The notes under the pieces: generated by a model | What the model was told of the DNA's origin: nothing | What the model saw: only the letters and a program-made list of their open reading frames with translations | The model's database searches: none | Position numbers and translations under genes: made by a program | In this document: one piece after another, positions 38,219 to 47,714 of the stretch | Numbering within the stretch: the stretch's first letter is position 1 | Layout of the letters: the number at the start of each line of letters is the position of its first letter | DNA from: an uncultured Chloroflexia bacterium | GTDB lineage: Bacteria > Chloroflexota > Limnocylindria > Limnocylindrales > CSP1-4 | Direction of reading: 5' to 3' | DNA length: 64,000 nt | Assembly (NCBI GenBank): GCA_963713975.1 | Contig: OY970218.1 | Coordinates: forward strand, 2,784,001-2,848,000

Positions 38219-39584
38219 GTCCGGCAGCCACCGGTCCGTCGCCTCGATGCACGCGCCGGCCGAGCGCCAGGCCCTGCAGGACCACCCGGACCGCGGTCCC
38301 GGCTGCGAACCCCAGCGGGATCGCGAGCACGCCGGCGGGCTCGAGGAACACCAGCGTCGTCGCGATCGTGACCCCGAACCCCGCCAGCGACGCGAGCACC
38401 GGCAGGACGGTGTTGTGGGTCGCGTACAGGCCGCGTGCCGTCAGGTGACCGAGTGCGTCGAAGGGCACGGCTAGGGCGAAGACAGCCAGCACTGCCGAGG
38501 TCGTGCGGACGTCCTCCTCGTCGAAGGCACCGCCACCGAGGAGCACCTCGATCGCCAGCCCGCCGACGATCGCCAGCCCGATCGCCGCCGCCACGCTGAA
38601 CAGCCCGATCGTGATGGCGTTGCGCCGCACCTCGCGCCAGAAGCCGGATCGATCGCCCGCTGCCCACGACGTGGACAGGCCGGGGAAGGCGGCCAGCGCG
38701 ATGGACACCCCGAACAGGGCCACCGGCACGCTCTGGAAGTTGCGCGCGAAGCTCACCGACGAGACGCTGCCGGCGGCGAGCGTGGTCGCCACGCTGGTGA
38801 AGAACAGGAACGTGAGCGGCTCGATGGGGTGACTGAGCATCTTGGGCACCATCAGGCGCAGGAACTCGTGCAGGGCCGGCATGTGGAGATCGAGGCGTGG
38901 ACGGATCCGCACCGACGACTGGCGCACGATCCCGATGACGCGGATCCCGAGATGGAGGACGGCGCCCATCACCGCTCCCACGGCCGCTGCCCGGATCCCC
39001 ATCGAGTCGTGGAACAGCAGGGTGCCGGCGACGATGCCGACGTTGTAGAGGATCGGCGCCAGCGCGTAGTACAGGAACCGGCGCTCCGCGACCAGGATCT
39101 CGCCCAGCGCGATCGAGGCCGCGAACAGGACCGGCGTCACGAGCATCAACTGGAACAGCTCGAGGTACCGGGCGCGATTGGCGGCGTCGAACCCGGGGGC
39201 GATGAGGTTCGCGGTCTCGGGCGCAACGATCAGCAGCAGCAGGCAGACGACCGACATCACCAGTACGGCGAGGGTGAGGACCGTCTGGGCGAACCGCGAC
39301 GCGGCGTTGGGGTTGTCGCGGCCGAGCGACGTGAACACGGGCACGAACGGGGCCGTCAGGCCGGAGGCGACGAGCACGTCCAGGGCCAGCTCGGGCAGGA
39401 CGAAGGCCGCGTTGTAGGCGTCGAGCTCGGCGCCTGCGCCGTATGTTCTGGCGAAGATCCGGTCCCGCATCAGGCCGGCGGCGTAGCTGGCGAAGGTCAG
39501 GATCGCCAGCAGGATGGCGCCCTGGGGCAGGAAGCGTGCCGACAGCGCCCGGATCGCCAGCATCGGTCCCGTCGTCCTCCGCAT
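38208..39584 (-). CDS. murJ: Lipid II flippase MurJ/MviN
   Basis: GLMRDRIFARTYGAGAELDAYNAAFVLPE, PFVPVF, LAPILYNVG, PVALFG. An alternative start exists at ATG 39563. Confidence 0.9.
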   Translation of the reverse strand: MRRTTGPMLAIRALSARFLPQGAILLAILTFASYAAGLMRDRIFARTYGAGAELDAYNAAFVLPELALDVLVASGLTAPFVPVFTSLGRDNPNAASRFAQTVLTLAVLVMSVVCLLLLIVAPETANLIAPGFDAANRARYLELFQLMLVTPVLFAASIALGEILVAERRFLYYALAPILYNVGIVAGTLLFHDSMGIRAAAVGAVMGAVLHLGIRVIGIVRQSSVRIRPRLDLHMPALHEFLRLMVPKMLSHPIEPLTFLFFTSVATTLAAGSVSSVSFARNFQSVPVALFGVSIALAAFPGLSTSWAAGDRSGFWREVRRNAITIGLFSVAAAIGLAIVGGLAIEVLLGGGAFDEEDVRTTSAVLAVFALAVPFDALGHLTARGLYATHNTVLPVLASLAGFGVTIATTLVFLEPAGVLAIPLGFAAGTAVRVVLQGLALGRRVHRGDGPVAAGPTG

Positions 39585-39684
39585 CGCCGCAGGCGCGGCG
39601 CCGGCCCTTCAGACGCGGCGCGCTCCACCGATGGGACGGTACCCGGTCGAGAAGGCTGGTGGAGGTCCCGGCGACCGCCCGCGG

Positions 39685-41202
39685 CTACCCCTCGGCGTCG
39701 CGCCGCTCGGTGTCCGCGAGCTTCCGGCGACTCTCCTCGCGGGCTCGGGTGAGCTTGCCCGATGCGCCCATCCCGTCACCCGCCGGTCCCGGCACGGGGT
39801 CGCGCGGCGTCCGGCCGGCGGCCCGTGCCGCCTCGCGCTCGCCCGTCCGGAAGGCCATTCGCTCGCCGATCGTCCGCTCGTAGCCCTGGTCCGACGGCAG
39901 GTAGTAGCGGCGGTCCGCAAGCTCGTCCGGCAGGTACTGCTGGTCAACGTCGTGCCCGGCGAACTCGTGCGGGTAGCGGTAGCCGACCCCGATCCCATGG
40001 TGCTTCATCCGGCGGTCCGCGGCGTTGCGCAGGTGGTTCGGGACGGGGAGCGAGCCACGTTCCACGACGTCACCGGCGGCCATCCAGTAGCCACCGCCGG
40101 AGCGGTTCGACTTGGGCGCCGTGGCGATGTAGATGGCCGCCTGCGCCATGGCGTAGGAGGCTTCCGGAAGGCCGATGTAGTCGAGGGCCTGCGCCGCCGC
40201 GACCGCAACCTGGAGCGCACGCGGGTCGGCGTTGCCCACGTCCTCCGATGCGCTGATGATCAGCCGTCGCGCGATGAACCTGGGGTCCTCGCCGGCCGCG
40301 ATCATCGCCGCCAGCCAGTAGAGCGCGGCGTCCGGGTCGTTGCCGCGCAGGCTCTTGATGAAGGCGGACACAGTGTCGAAGTGTCCGTCGCCGGCCCGGT
40401 CGTAGCCGAGCACGCGCTGCTGGGCCGCGCCCTCGACATGGGCGAGGGTGGGGGAGAGGTGGCCATCGGGATCGACGGCGTCGTCGTCCTCCGCCAGGGC
40501 CACCGAGCCCTCGAGGATGTTGAGGGCCTGGCGCGCGTCGCCGCCCGCCACCTCCACCAGGTGCTCGAAGGGTTCCTGGGCCATCGCCACGCCGCCACGC
40601 GGCCCGAACGCCCCGGCCAGGCCCCGCTCGGGATCCTCCAGCGCGCGCCGGCAGATCGCGGCCACGTCGTCGTCGGTCAGGGGTTCCAGCCGCCACACCC
40701 GCATCCGGGAGAGGAGCGCGGAGTTGACCTCGAAGTAGGGGTTCTCCGTCGTCGCCCCGATCAGGGTGACGGTGCCGTCCTCGACATGCGGCAGCAGTGC
40801 GTCCTGCTGGGCCTTGTTGAACCGATGGATTTCGTCGATGAACAGGACCGACCGTCCACCGTGGAGCGCCAGGCGGTCCTGGGCCTCGGCGATGGTCGCC
40901 CTGACCTCAGCGACGCCCGACATGACGGCAGAGACGGTGCGGAACTCGGCACCGACGGCGTCCGCGAGCAGGCGGGCGAGTGAGGTCTTGCCGGTGCCCG
41001 GCGGCCCCCACAGCAGCATCGAGGCCAGGTGGCCACGGGCGGTCGCGCGCCGGAGCGGGCCCCGCTCGCCGACCAGGTGACCCTGGCCCACGAACTCGTC
41101 GAGCGTGCGCGGGCGCATGCGGGCGGCAAGCGGCTGTCGCTCGGGCGGTGGCTTGAACAGAGCTTCGGGACGGGCGCCGGGAACGGCGCGCCTGGGCGGC
41201 AT
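39685..41202 (-). CDS. rarA: Replication-associated recombination protein A (MgsA)
   Basis: PLAARMRP, LWGPPGTGKT, FIDEIHRFNKAQQD, ATTENPYF, SAFIKSLRG, SEDVGNADP. Confidence 0.96.
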   Translation of the reverse strand: MPPRRAVPGARPEALFKPPPERQPLAARMRPRTLDEFVGQGHLVGERGPLRRATARGHLASMLLWGPPGTGKTSLARLLADAVGAEFRTVSAVMSGVAEVRATIAEAQDRLALHGGRSVLFIDEIHRFNKAQQDALLPHVEDGTVTLIGATTENPYFEVNSALLSRMRVWRLEPLTDDDVAAICRRALEDPERGLAGAFGPRGGVAMAQEPFEHLVEVAGGDARQALNILEGSVALAEDDDAVDPDGHLSPTLAHVEGAAQQRVLGYDRAGDGHFDTVSAFIKSLRGNDPDAALYWLAAMIAAGEDPRFIARRLIISASEDVGNADPRALQVAVAAAQALDYIGLPEASYAMAQAAIYIATAPKSNRSGGGYWMAAGDVVERGSLPVPNHLRNAADRRMKHHGIGVGYRYPHEFAGHDVDQQYLPDELADRRYYLPSDQGYERTIGERMAFRTGEREAARAAGRTPRDPVPGPAGDGMGASGKLTRAREESRRKLADTERRDAEG

Positions 41203-41227
41203 GGGGCGATGGTAGGCCCCGGCGGCG

Positions 41228-41626
41228 TCAGGCGCCGATCGGGATCACCTTGGTGACGTCGATCAGGATCCAGAGGACGAACAGGATGCCGAGCAGCAAG
41301 CTGGCGATCTTGACGATCTCCTTCACGTCGCGCGCGACGTAGGCGTATTCGACCGCCTCGCTCGCCGCGAGGGAGCCGGTCCGTCCGCTGGTGACCTCGC
41401 GTGAGCTGCGGTCACGGCTGCGAGTGCGAGCCTGCTCGGCGGCCTTCTCCTGGGCGAGGAGGTCGGCCTCGAGCTGCGCGGCGCGCTCGAGCTCCGCGTC
41501 GGAGAGTCCGGCGGGCTTGGAGGTGACGGCTGCCGGGGCGGCGGGAGCGGGCGTGGGGGACGCGGTCCGTCGCTCGATTCGCCGGCGCTGGCCGGGACGG
41601 CTGCTTCCGCGGGCGCGCTTCGCCAT
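41228..41626 (-). CDS. Hypothetical protein with basic N-terminus and single C-terminal TM
   Basis: GGAGG upstream of ATG 41626; EYAYVARDVKEI followed by a TM helix. Confidence 0.72.
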   Translation of the reverse strand: MAKRARGSSRPGQRRRIERRTASPTPAPAAPAAVTSKPAGLSDAELERAAQLEADLLAQEKAAEQARTRSRDRSSREVTSGRTGSLAASEAVEYAYVARDVKEIVKIASLLLGILFVLWILIDVTKVIPIGA

Positions 41627-41826
41627 GGCTCGGTCGGGGCCTCCACTGGGCGGCGGTCGCGGGCGCGACGCCGTCGGCGGGAGAGGATACACCGGTCGGC
41701 GATCCAGGGGCCTTCACGCGCTCTGTCCCGACCACGCCTGCCTGGCTACCGGGCCACGCGGGGAGTGCGTGGGGGGAGGGGATCGGCTGCTATCCTCGAC
41801 CCGCCCCGCTCCACAGAGGACCCGCA

Positions 41827-42348
41827 TTGGACGACCTGAACCAGCTCGTGATTGACAACGCCGGCGCTATCGCGCTGGTCCTGGGCCTGGTCTGCCTCGT
41901 GCTCCTGGTGGCGGTGCTCCTGCTGGTCCGGCGGACCTCACGCCTCGATCAGCGGCTCGCCGGGATGACCAGGGGCGGCGACGGCAAGAGCCTGGAATCG
42001 ACCCTGGAAGCGCACCTGGACAAGGTGTACGCCGTCGCCCGGCAGGTGGACGAGCTGGGCGCTCGAACCACGGTCCTGGAGCGGACGCAAACCTTCGCCT
42101 TCCAGCGGCACGGCCTCGTCCGCTACAACCCGTTCGAGGACACCGGCGGCAACCAGAGCTTCGCGCTCGCGCTGCTGGACCAGCATGGCGACGGGTTCGT
42201 CATCAGCAGCCTGCACACGCGCACGGCGACCCGCGTCTACGGCAAGGCGATCAACGGCGGCAAGGCGGAGGCAGCTCTGTCGGACGAGGAGGCGGAGGCG
42301 TTGCGCCTGGCGCTGGCCTCGGGAGCGGGACCCGCGAAGGCCGACTGA
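41827..42348 (+). CDS. DUF4446 family protein
   Basis: N-terminal TM; GLVRYNPFEDTGGNQSFALALLD...GFVISSLH...YGK...LSDEE. Confidence 0.88.
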   Translation: MDDLNQLVIDNAGAIALVLGLVCLVLLVAVLLLVRRTSRLDQRLAGMTRGGDGKSLESTLEAHLDKVYAVARQVDELGARTTVLERTQTFAFQRHGLVRYNPFEDTGGNQSFALALLDQHGDGFVISSLHTRTATRVYGKAINGGKAEAALSDEEAEALRLALASGAGPAKAD

Positions 42349-42471
42349 TTCCATGCGACCCGTGACACCGGAGCTGGCACGGGCTCGTACCAGGATCGGG
42401 TCGTGCCTGCATCGCGACGCGTCCCCACCCCCTTCCCAGTCACCGTTCACCACGCGTCGTCGGAGGGTGGC

Positions 42472-45400
42472 GTGAGGCAGCGTGGCGGGCGGTCGGAACC
42501 CCCGCCGCTCGTCCAGATCCCGGTGTGGGGATCAGCTGATGAGCCCGCCGACGACGGACCGGCCGCGGAGGGCACGGATCAGCTCCTCGACGGGCTGAAC
42601 CCGGAGCAGCGGCGCGCGGTCCGGCACGGGGACGGGCCTCTGCTGGTGGTCGCGGGCGCCGGCACCGGCAAGACGCAGGTCATCACCCGGCGCATCGCCT
42701 GGCTGATTGCGACGAGGCGCGCCCGCCCGTCGGAGATCCTTGCGCTCACGTTCACGGACCAGGCCGCCGACGAGATGCAGGTCCGCGTGGACCAGCTGGT
42801 CCCGTACGGCTACACAGACACCGCCATCTCCACGTTCCACGCCTTCGGGGACCGCCTGGTGCGGGAGTTCTCGCTGGAGCTGGGTCTGCCGACCGATGTC
42901 CGCGTCTTCTCGCGACCGGAGACGGTGGTGTTCCTGCGCGAGCACCTGTTCGAGCTCGGCCTGGACGAGTACCGGCCCCTGGGGGATCCGACCAAGTTCC
43001 TGGACGCCCTGGCGACCCTGTTCTCACGCGCGAAGGACGAGGACGTGGCGCCCGAATCCTTCCTCGCCCATGCCTCCCGCCTCGAGGCGGATGCCGCGGC
43101 CGGGGTTGCCGGGCCGGACGCGGATGCCGACGCGATCGCGGCCCTGGCCGAGGAGGCCCGGCGGCGTACCGAGCTTGCCCGGGCCTATGCTGTCTACCAG
43201 CGCCTGCTCGCGGAGAGCGGTGCCATCGATTTCGGCGACCAGGTGTCCCTGGCGCTGCGGCTGCTGCGCGACTCGCCATCGGCGCGGGAGCGCATCCAGG
43301 AGCGGTTCCGCTACCTCCTGGTGGACGAGTTCCAGGACACGAACCGGGCGCAGGCGGAGCTCGTCGCCCTGATCGCTCAGCGGCACCGCAACGTGACCGT
43401 GGTGGGGGACGACGACCAGTCGATCTACAAGTTCCGCGGCGCCGCAATCAGCAACATCCTCGAGTTCCGGGAGCGCTACCGCAACGCCAAGGTGGTCGTG
43501 CTGCGGCGGAACTACCGCTCCCGGGCCCCGATCCTCGACGCGGCGTATCGCCTCGTCCGCCACAACGACCCGGACCGCCTCGAGGTCCGGGCAGGCATCG
43601 TCAAGAAGCTCGTCGCCGAGCGCGGCAGCGGTGACGCCCCGGCCGTCCGCCACGAGGTCTTCGTCAGCGGTGCCGAGGAGGCCGACTGGATCGCCGCCGA
43701 CATCGCGGCGCGCATGCGTGACGGGGCCTCCCCGCGCGACGTCGCCGTCCTGGTGCGCGCCAATGCGGCTGCGGATCCTGTGCTCCGGTCGCTCAACCTC
43801 GAGGGCATCCCGTGGCGCTTCTCCGGCACGAGTGGCCTCTACGCACGGCCGGAAATCCGGCTGCTGCTGTCGTTCCTGCGCGCGATCGCGGACCCGAACG
43901 CCTCGGTGGACGTGTATGGCCTGGCGGCCTCGGAGCTGTACGGCCTCGGTGGGGAGGACCTGACCGGCATCGTCAACATGGCCCGCCGTCGCAACCGGAG
44001 CGTGTTCGAGATCCTCGAGGAGCTGGGCCGCCAGCCCGGGATCCTGCGGCTCTCGCCGGAGACGCGGGCGAGTGCCGCCCGGCTGGTGGAGGACCTCCAG
44101 ACGCACGTCGCGCTTGCCCACGAACGCCCGGCGGGCGAGGTGCTGTACGCATTCCTGCGCGGGTCGGGATGGCTCAAGCGCCTCGCGGAGACGGAGACGG
44201 TGGCCGCGGAGGGGACCCTGTCCAACATCGCTCGCTTCTTCGACATCGTCCGCGCGCAGTCGTCGCTGCTCGCCGACGATCGTGCGGTGTTCTTCGCCCG
44301 CCATCTGCAGACGCTGATCCAGGCGGGCGACGACCCGCCCACGGCCGACATCGACCCCGATGCCGATGCGGTGGCCGTGATGACCGTCCACAAGGCCAAG
44401 GGCCGCGAGTTCCCTGTGGTCTACCTGCCGGGCCTCGTGAGCGGCCGCTTCCCGGCGATCGGGCGGCGTGAGCCACTGCCGTTGCCGCTGGAGCTCGTCA
44501 ACGAGACCCTGCCCGAGGGCGACTACCAGCTCCAGGAGGAGCGCCGCCTGTTCTACGTCGGCATGACCCGGGCTCGCGACGAGCTGGTGCTGTCGCACGC
44601 CGCCGATTACGGCGGACAGCGCGCCAGGCGGGTGTCGCCGTTCGTGCTCGAGGCGCTGGACCTGCCGGTCGCGGCCGGTGCGAGCGGGAGCGGCGCGAAG
44701 ACCACATCGCCCTTGGAGCGGATCGAGTCGCAGCAGCGCCCGGAGGCGTCGCCGGTCGCCCCGCGAACCCGGGACGGGGAGCCCCTGACCCTCTCGTTCT
44801 ATGCGATCGACGACTACCTGACCTGCCCGCTCAAGTACAAGTACGCCCACCTCCTGCGGGTCCCGCTCGCCCCCCACCACTCGATCATCTACGGCTCGGC
44901 CCTCCATGCCGCCGTGTCCGAGTTCCACAAGCGGCACGCCCGCGGGATCGTGATGTCCGAGGACGACCTCGTCGCCGCATTCCTCGCCGCCTGGAGGTCC
45001 GAGGGCTTTCTGTCGCGTGACCACGAGGAGGCTCGTCTCGAGGCCGGCCGGACGTCCCTGCACCGGTTCCGGGAGGAGCAGCTGGCACCGGGAGCCGTCA
45101 TCCCGGCCTACGTGGAGCGCGAGTTCAGCTTCCTGCTGGACGGGGATCGCGTGCGCGGTCGCTACGACCGCGTGGACATCATCCCGCGCGACGGCGATGT
45201 CGTGGAGACGACGCGAGTGTTCGACGACGACGCGTCGGCGGACGTCGTGGCGCCCACGCTGTTCTCGTACCCGGAGCGGGTGGTCATCACGGACTACAAG
45301 TCGTCCGACGTGCGAGATCCGGCCAAGGCACGCCAGCGCGCTAGGGACTCGCTCCAGCTGTCGATCTATGCGATGGGCTACGAGGCAATGACCGGGCGCA

Positions 45401-45606
45401 TGCCGGACGCGGTCGCGCTCAACTTCCTCGAGACCGGGCTGGTTGGAACCGCTCCGGTGGATCGCAAGCGGCTCGACAAGGCGAGGGAGTCCATCCGCAC
45501 CGCGGCGGCGGGTATCCGGGCCCGCGTGTTCACGCCCAAGCCCGCCCACATGGCCTGCAGCTACTGCGCGTTCCGGGAGATCTGCCCGGCTAGCGTGGTC
45601 CGCTGA
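42472..45606 (+). CDS. UvrD/PcrA-like SF1 helicase fused to a C-terminal Fe-S PD-(D/E)XK nuclease (AdnA/AdnB-like)
   Basis: LNPEQ, AGAGTGKT, DEFQD, VGDDDQSIYKFRGA, NYRS, TVHKAKGREF, EERRLFYVGMTRA; nuclease GRYDRVD...DYKS, QLSIY; Cys in TCP and CSYCAFREIC. Start at GTG 42472 after GGAGG is uncertain (ORF track gives 42403). Confidence 0.9.
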   Translation: MRQRGGRSEPPPLVQIPVWGSADEPADDGPAAEGTDQLLDGLNPEQRRAVRHGDGPLLVVAGAGTGKTQVITRRIAWLIATRRARPSEILALTFTDQAADEMQVRVDQLVPYGYTDTAISTFHAFGDRLVREFSLELGLPTDVRVFSRPETVVFLREHLFELGLDEYRPLGDPTKFLDALATLFSRAKDEDVAPESFLAHASRLEADAAAGVAGPDADADAIAALAEEARRRTELARAYAVYQRLLAESGAIDFGDQVSLALRLLRDSPSARERIQERFRYLLVDEFQDTNRAQAELVALIAQRHRNVTVVGDDDQSIYKFRGAAISNILEFRERYRNAKVVVLRRNYRSRAPILDAAYRLVRHNDPDRLEVRAGIVKKLVAERGSGDAPAVRHEVFVSGAEEADWIAADIAARMRDGASPRDVAVLVRANAAADPVLRSLNLEGIPWRFSGTSGLYARPEIRLLLSFLRAIADPNASVDVYGLAASELYGLGGEDLTGIVNMARRRNRSVFEILEELGRQPGILRLSPETRASAARLVEDLQTHVALAHERPAGEVLYAFLRGSGWLKRLAETETVAAEGTLSNIARFFDIVRAQSSLLADDRAVFFARHLQTLIQAGDDPPTADIDPDADAVAVMTVHKAKGREFPVVYLPGLVSGRFPAIGRREPLPLPLELVNETLPEGDYQLQEERRLFYVGMTRARDELVLSHAADYGGQRARRVSPFVLEALDLPVAAGASGSGAKTTSPLERIESQQRPEASPVAPRTRDGEPLTLSFYAIDDYLTCPLKYKYAHLLRVPLAPHHSIIYGSALHAAVSEFHKRHARGIVMSEDDLVAAFLAAWRSEGFLSRDHEEARLEAGRTSLHRFREEQLAPGAVIPAYVEREFSFLLDGDRVRGRYDRVDIIPRDGDVVETTRVFDDDASADVVAPTLFSYPERVVITDYKSSDVRDPAKARQRARDSLQLSIYAMGYEAMTGRMPDAVALNFLETGLVGTAPVDRKRLDKARESIRTAAAGIRARVFTPKPAHMACSYCAFREICPASVVR

Positions 45607-45609
45607 GCC

Positions 45610-46515
45610 GTGCCGCAGCTGGGAGCTGCCGCGCGCGCAGCGCTTGACGCCGTCCTTTCGGGGGCCTCGTCAGGGGCGGTCCTCGAGGCCGACAACCTCG
45701 ACGTCCTGGCAGGGATGCCGGACAGCGCCGTCGACCTCGTGTATGCAGACCCTCCCTTCGCCACGGGTGCCCGGCAGCGCCTGGTCTCGATCCGGACCGG
45801 AGTCGGCGACCGGACACGCCCGGGGTTCCGGGGTGACACGGTGGCCTGGGAAGCCGTCAGCGATCTCGCCTGGGATGACGATCTGCCGCTCGACCAGCAC
45901 CTGGTCCAGCTCGCGGCTCGGGTCAGGGAGGTCCACCGCGTGCTGGCGGCGCACGGATCGTTCTACCTGCACGTGGACTGGCGGACCGCCCACCACGCAC
46001 GCCTGCTCCTCGACGAGGTCTTCGGCCCTGAACGGTTCCTCAACGAGATCGTCTGGGCATATGACTACGGCGGCCGATCCCGGGACCGCTGGCCGCGCAA
46101 GCACGACACGATCCTGTGGTACGCGAAGGGCGACCGCTGGCTGTTCGACCGGGAGGCGATCGACCGTATCCCGTACCTGGCGCCGGGCCTCGTCGGGCCC
46201 GAGAAGGCGGCGCGCGGCAAGCTCCCGACGGACGTGTGGTGGATGACGATCGTGCCCCCCGCCTCCGCAGAGCGGACCGGCTACCCGACCCAGAAGCCGG
46301 TTCGCCTGCTGGAGCGGATCGTCGCGGCCTCGAGCCGGCCGGGCGACCTGGTGCTGGATCCGTACGCCGGCTCGGGGACGACGGGCGTCGCTGCCCACCG
46401 CCTGGGGCGCCGCTGGCTGCTGGTCGATCGCAACCCGCAGGCCGTCGAGATCGCGCGGATGCGGCTGGCGAGGACCGACGCCGGGCCGGACGACGGGAAG
46501 GGGAGCGAGAAGTGA
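45610..46515 (+). CDS. Site-specific DNA methyltransferase (N6A/N4C, beta class)
   Basis: Catalytic YADPPF precedes YPTQKP and SAM-binding LDPYAGSGTT; FLNEIVWAY, KHDTILWY. Confidence 0.92.
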   Translation: MPQLGAAARAALDAVLSGASSGAVLEADNLDVLAGMPDSAVDLVYADPPFATGARQRLVSIRTGVGDRTRPGFRGDTVAWEAVSDLAWDDDLPLDQHLVQLAARVREVHRVLAAHGSFYLHVDWRTAHHARLLLDEVFGPERFLNEIVWAYDYGGRSRDRWPRKHDTILWYAKGDRWLFDREAIDRIPYLAPGLVGPEKAARGKLPTDVWWMTIVPPASAERTGYPTQKPVRLLERIVAASSRPGDLVLDPYAGSGTTGVAAHRLGRRWLLVDRNPQAVEIARMRLARTDAGPDDGKGSEK

Positions 46516-47321
46516 TCCGGGCCGTCACCCTGGACTTCGGGAACACGCTCGTGCCGGTCTCGGCAGCCGGACTGCGTGGCGTGGTCGAGCAGACCGCCGA
46601 GGGGATCGCATCCCGCCTGGGTCCCTTCGCCGTCGACGACGTCCGGCTCGCCTGGGCCGAGGAGCGGGACCGCCAGTTCCGCGAGGAGATCCCGCAATTC
46701 CGGGAGGTGGACCTGGCCCAGCGCATCGTCCGGATTCTCGCCCGGCTGCGGGGCATGGCGCCGCCGCCCCGGGACCGGCACTGGGACGACGATGCGGCGG
46801 CCGGCCTCACCTCTGCCGCCGAGGTTGCATGGGCGGTGGATGTCTACTCGCGGGCGTTCGTGACGTCGCTGGTCCCGGACCCGGCGGTCGGACCCCTGCT
46901 CCGGCGGCTCGCCGCCAGCTACCAGGTCGCCATCCTGTCCAACTGGCCGCTTGCCCTCACGATCGATCGCTACGTCGAGGCCGCGGGCTGGGCGCCGCAT
47001 CTCTCCGCGGTGATCGTGTCCCAGCGGGTCGGTGCCATCAAGCCACACCCTGCGATCTTCGCGGCGGCCCGCGATGCCCTGGGCGGCCCCAGACCGGGCG
47101 AGATCATCCATGTTGGTGATGACTGGGCCGCGGATGTCGTGGGTGCCAAGCGGGCCGGCTGGCTCGCGGCCTGGGTCCGGAGCAGGCCGGAGGATTCCCC
47201 ACTGCCGGCTTCCGATCGGGACAATGCCGTGGAGCCGGACCTCGAGATTCACGCGCTGGACGGCCTCGAGGGCGCGTTGCTCGCCCTGACACGGGCGCCC
47301 GGAACGGTCCCGCCTCGGTAG
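46512..47321 (+). CDS. HAD family hydrolase
   Basis: LDFGNTL, LSNW, KPHPAIF, HVGDDWAADVVGA; GTGA overlap with the methyltransferase. Confidence 0.88.
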   Translation: MIRAVTLDFGNTLVPVSAAGLRGVVEQTAEGIASRLGPFAVDDVRLAWAEERDRQFREEIPQFREVDLAQRIVRILARLRGMAPPPRDRHWDDDAAAGLTSAAEVAWAVDVYSRAFVTSLVPDPAVGPLLRRLAASYQVAILSNWPLALTIDRYVEAAGWAPHLSAVIVSQRVGAIKPHPAIFAAARDALGGPRPGEIIHVGDDWAADVVGAKRAGWLAAWVRSRPEDSPLPASDRDNAVEPDLEIHALDGLEGALLALTRAPGTVPPR

Positions 47322-47331
47322 ACTCGCCTCC

Positions 47332-47706
47332 ATGGAGGCACGCGACCGCATTGCCAACGTCGCCCTGCTCGTCGCGGCGGGCGTGGCGTGGATCCTCGTC
47401 GCGATCCTCGTCACGACGCGTGACCCGTATCAGGACGCGATGGCGGGCTATTCGGGTGCCCTCCTGCTGGGGCTGGCCATGTGGCTGACGGCCGTACCGC
47501 TGGCCTGGCTCGTGGTGTTCGCGAGGCACCGTCGCATCGCGTACAACGGCGACTGGGCGAGGGCGGCGCGACGCGGCGCCTGGATCGGACTGTTCGTGAC
47601 CGTCCTCGTCATCCTGCGGCTCGTCGATGCGTTCCAGCTCCCAATCGTCCTGTTCCTCGCCGCCATCTTCGTTGTCGCCGAGATCACCCTCTCGGCTGAG
47701 CGCTAG
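47332..47706 (+). CDS. Hypothetical four-TM membrane protein
   Basis: TAGACT 7 nt before ATG; four hydrophobic segments; RAARRG motif. Confidence 0.72.
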   Translation: MEARDRIANVALLVAAGVAWILVAILVTTRDPYQDAMAGYSGALLLGLAMWLTAVPLAWLVVFARHRRIAYNGDWARAARRGAWIGLFVTVLVILRLVDAFQLPIVLFLAAIFVVAEITLSAER

Positions 47707-47714
47707 GAGCTCCC

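Noticed and set aside
44800-45606. Cas4 or CRISPR adaptation nuclease
   Set aside because: The four-Cys PD-(D/E)XK domain is fused to a UvrD helicase as in AdnAB/AddB-type enzymes; no cas1, cas2 or array is present.
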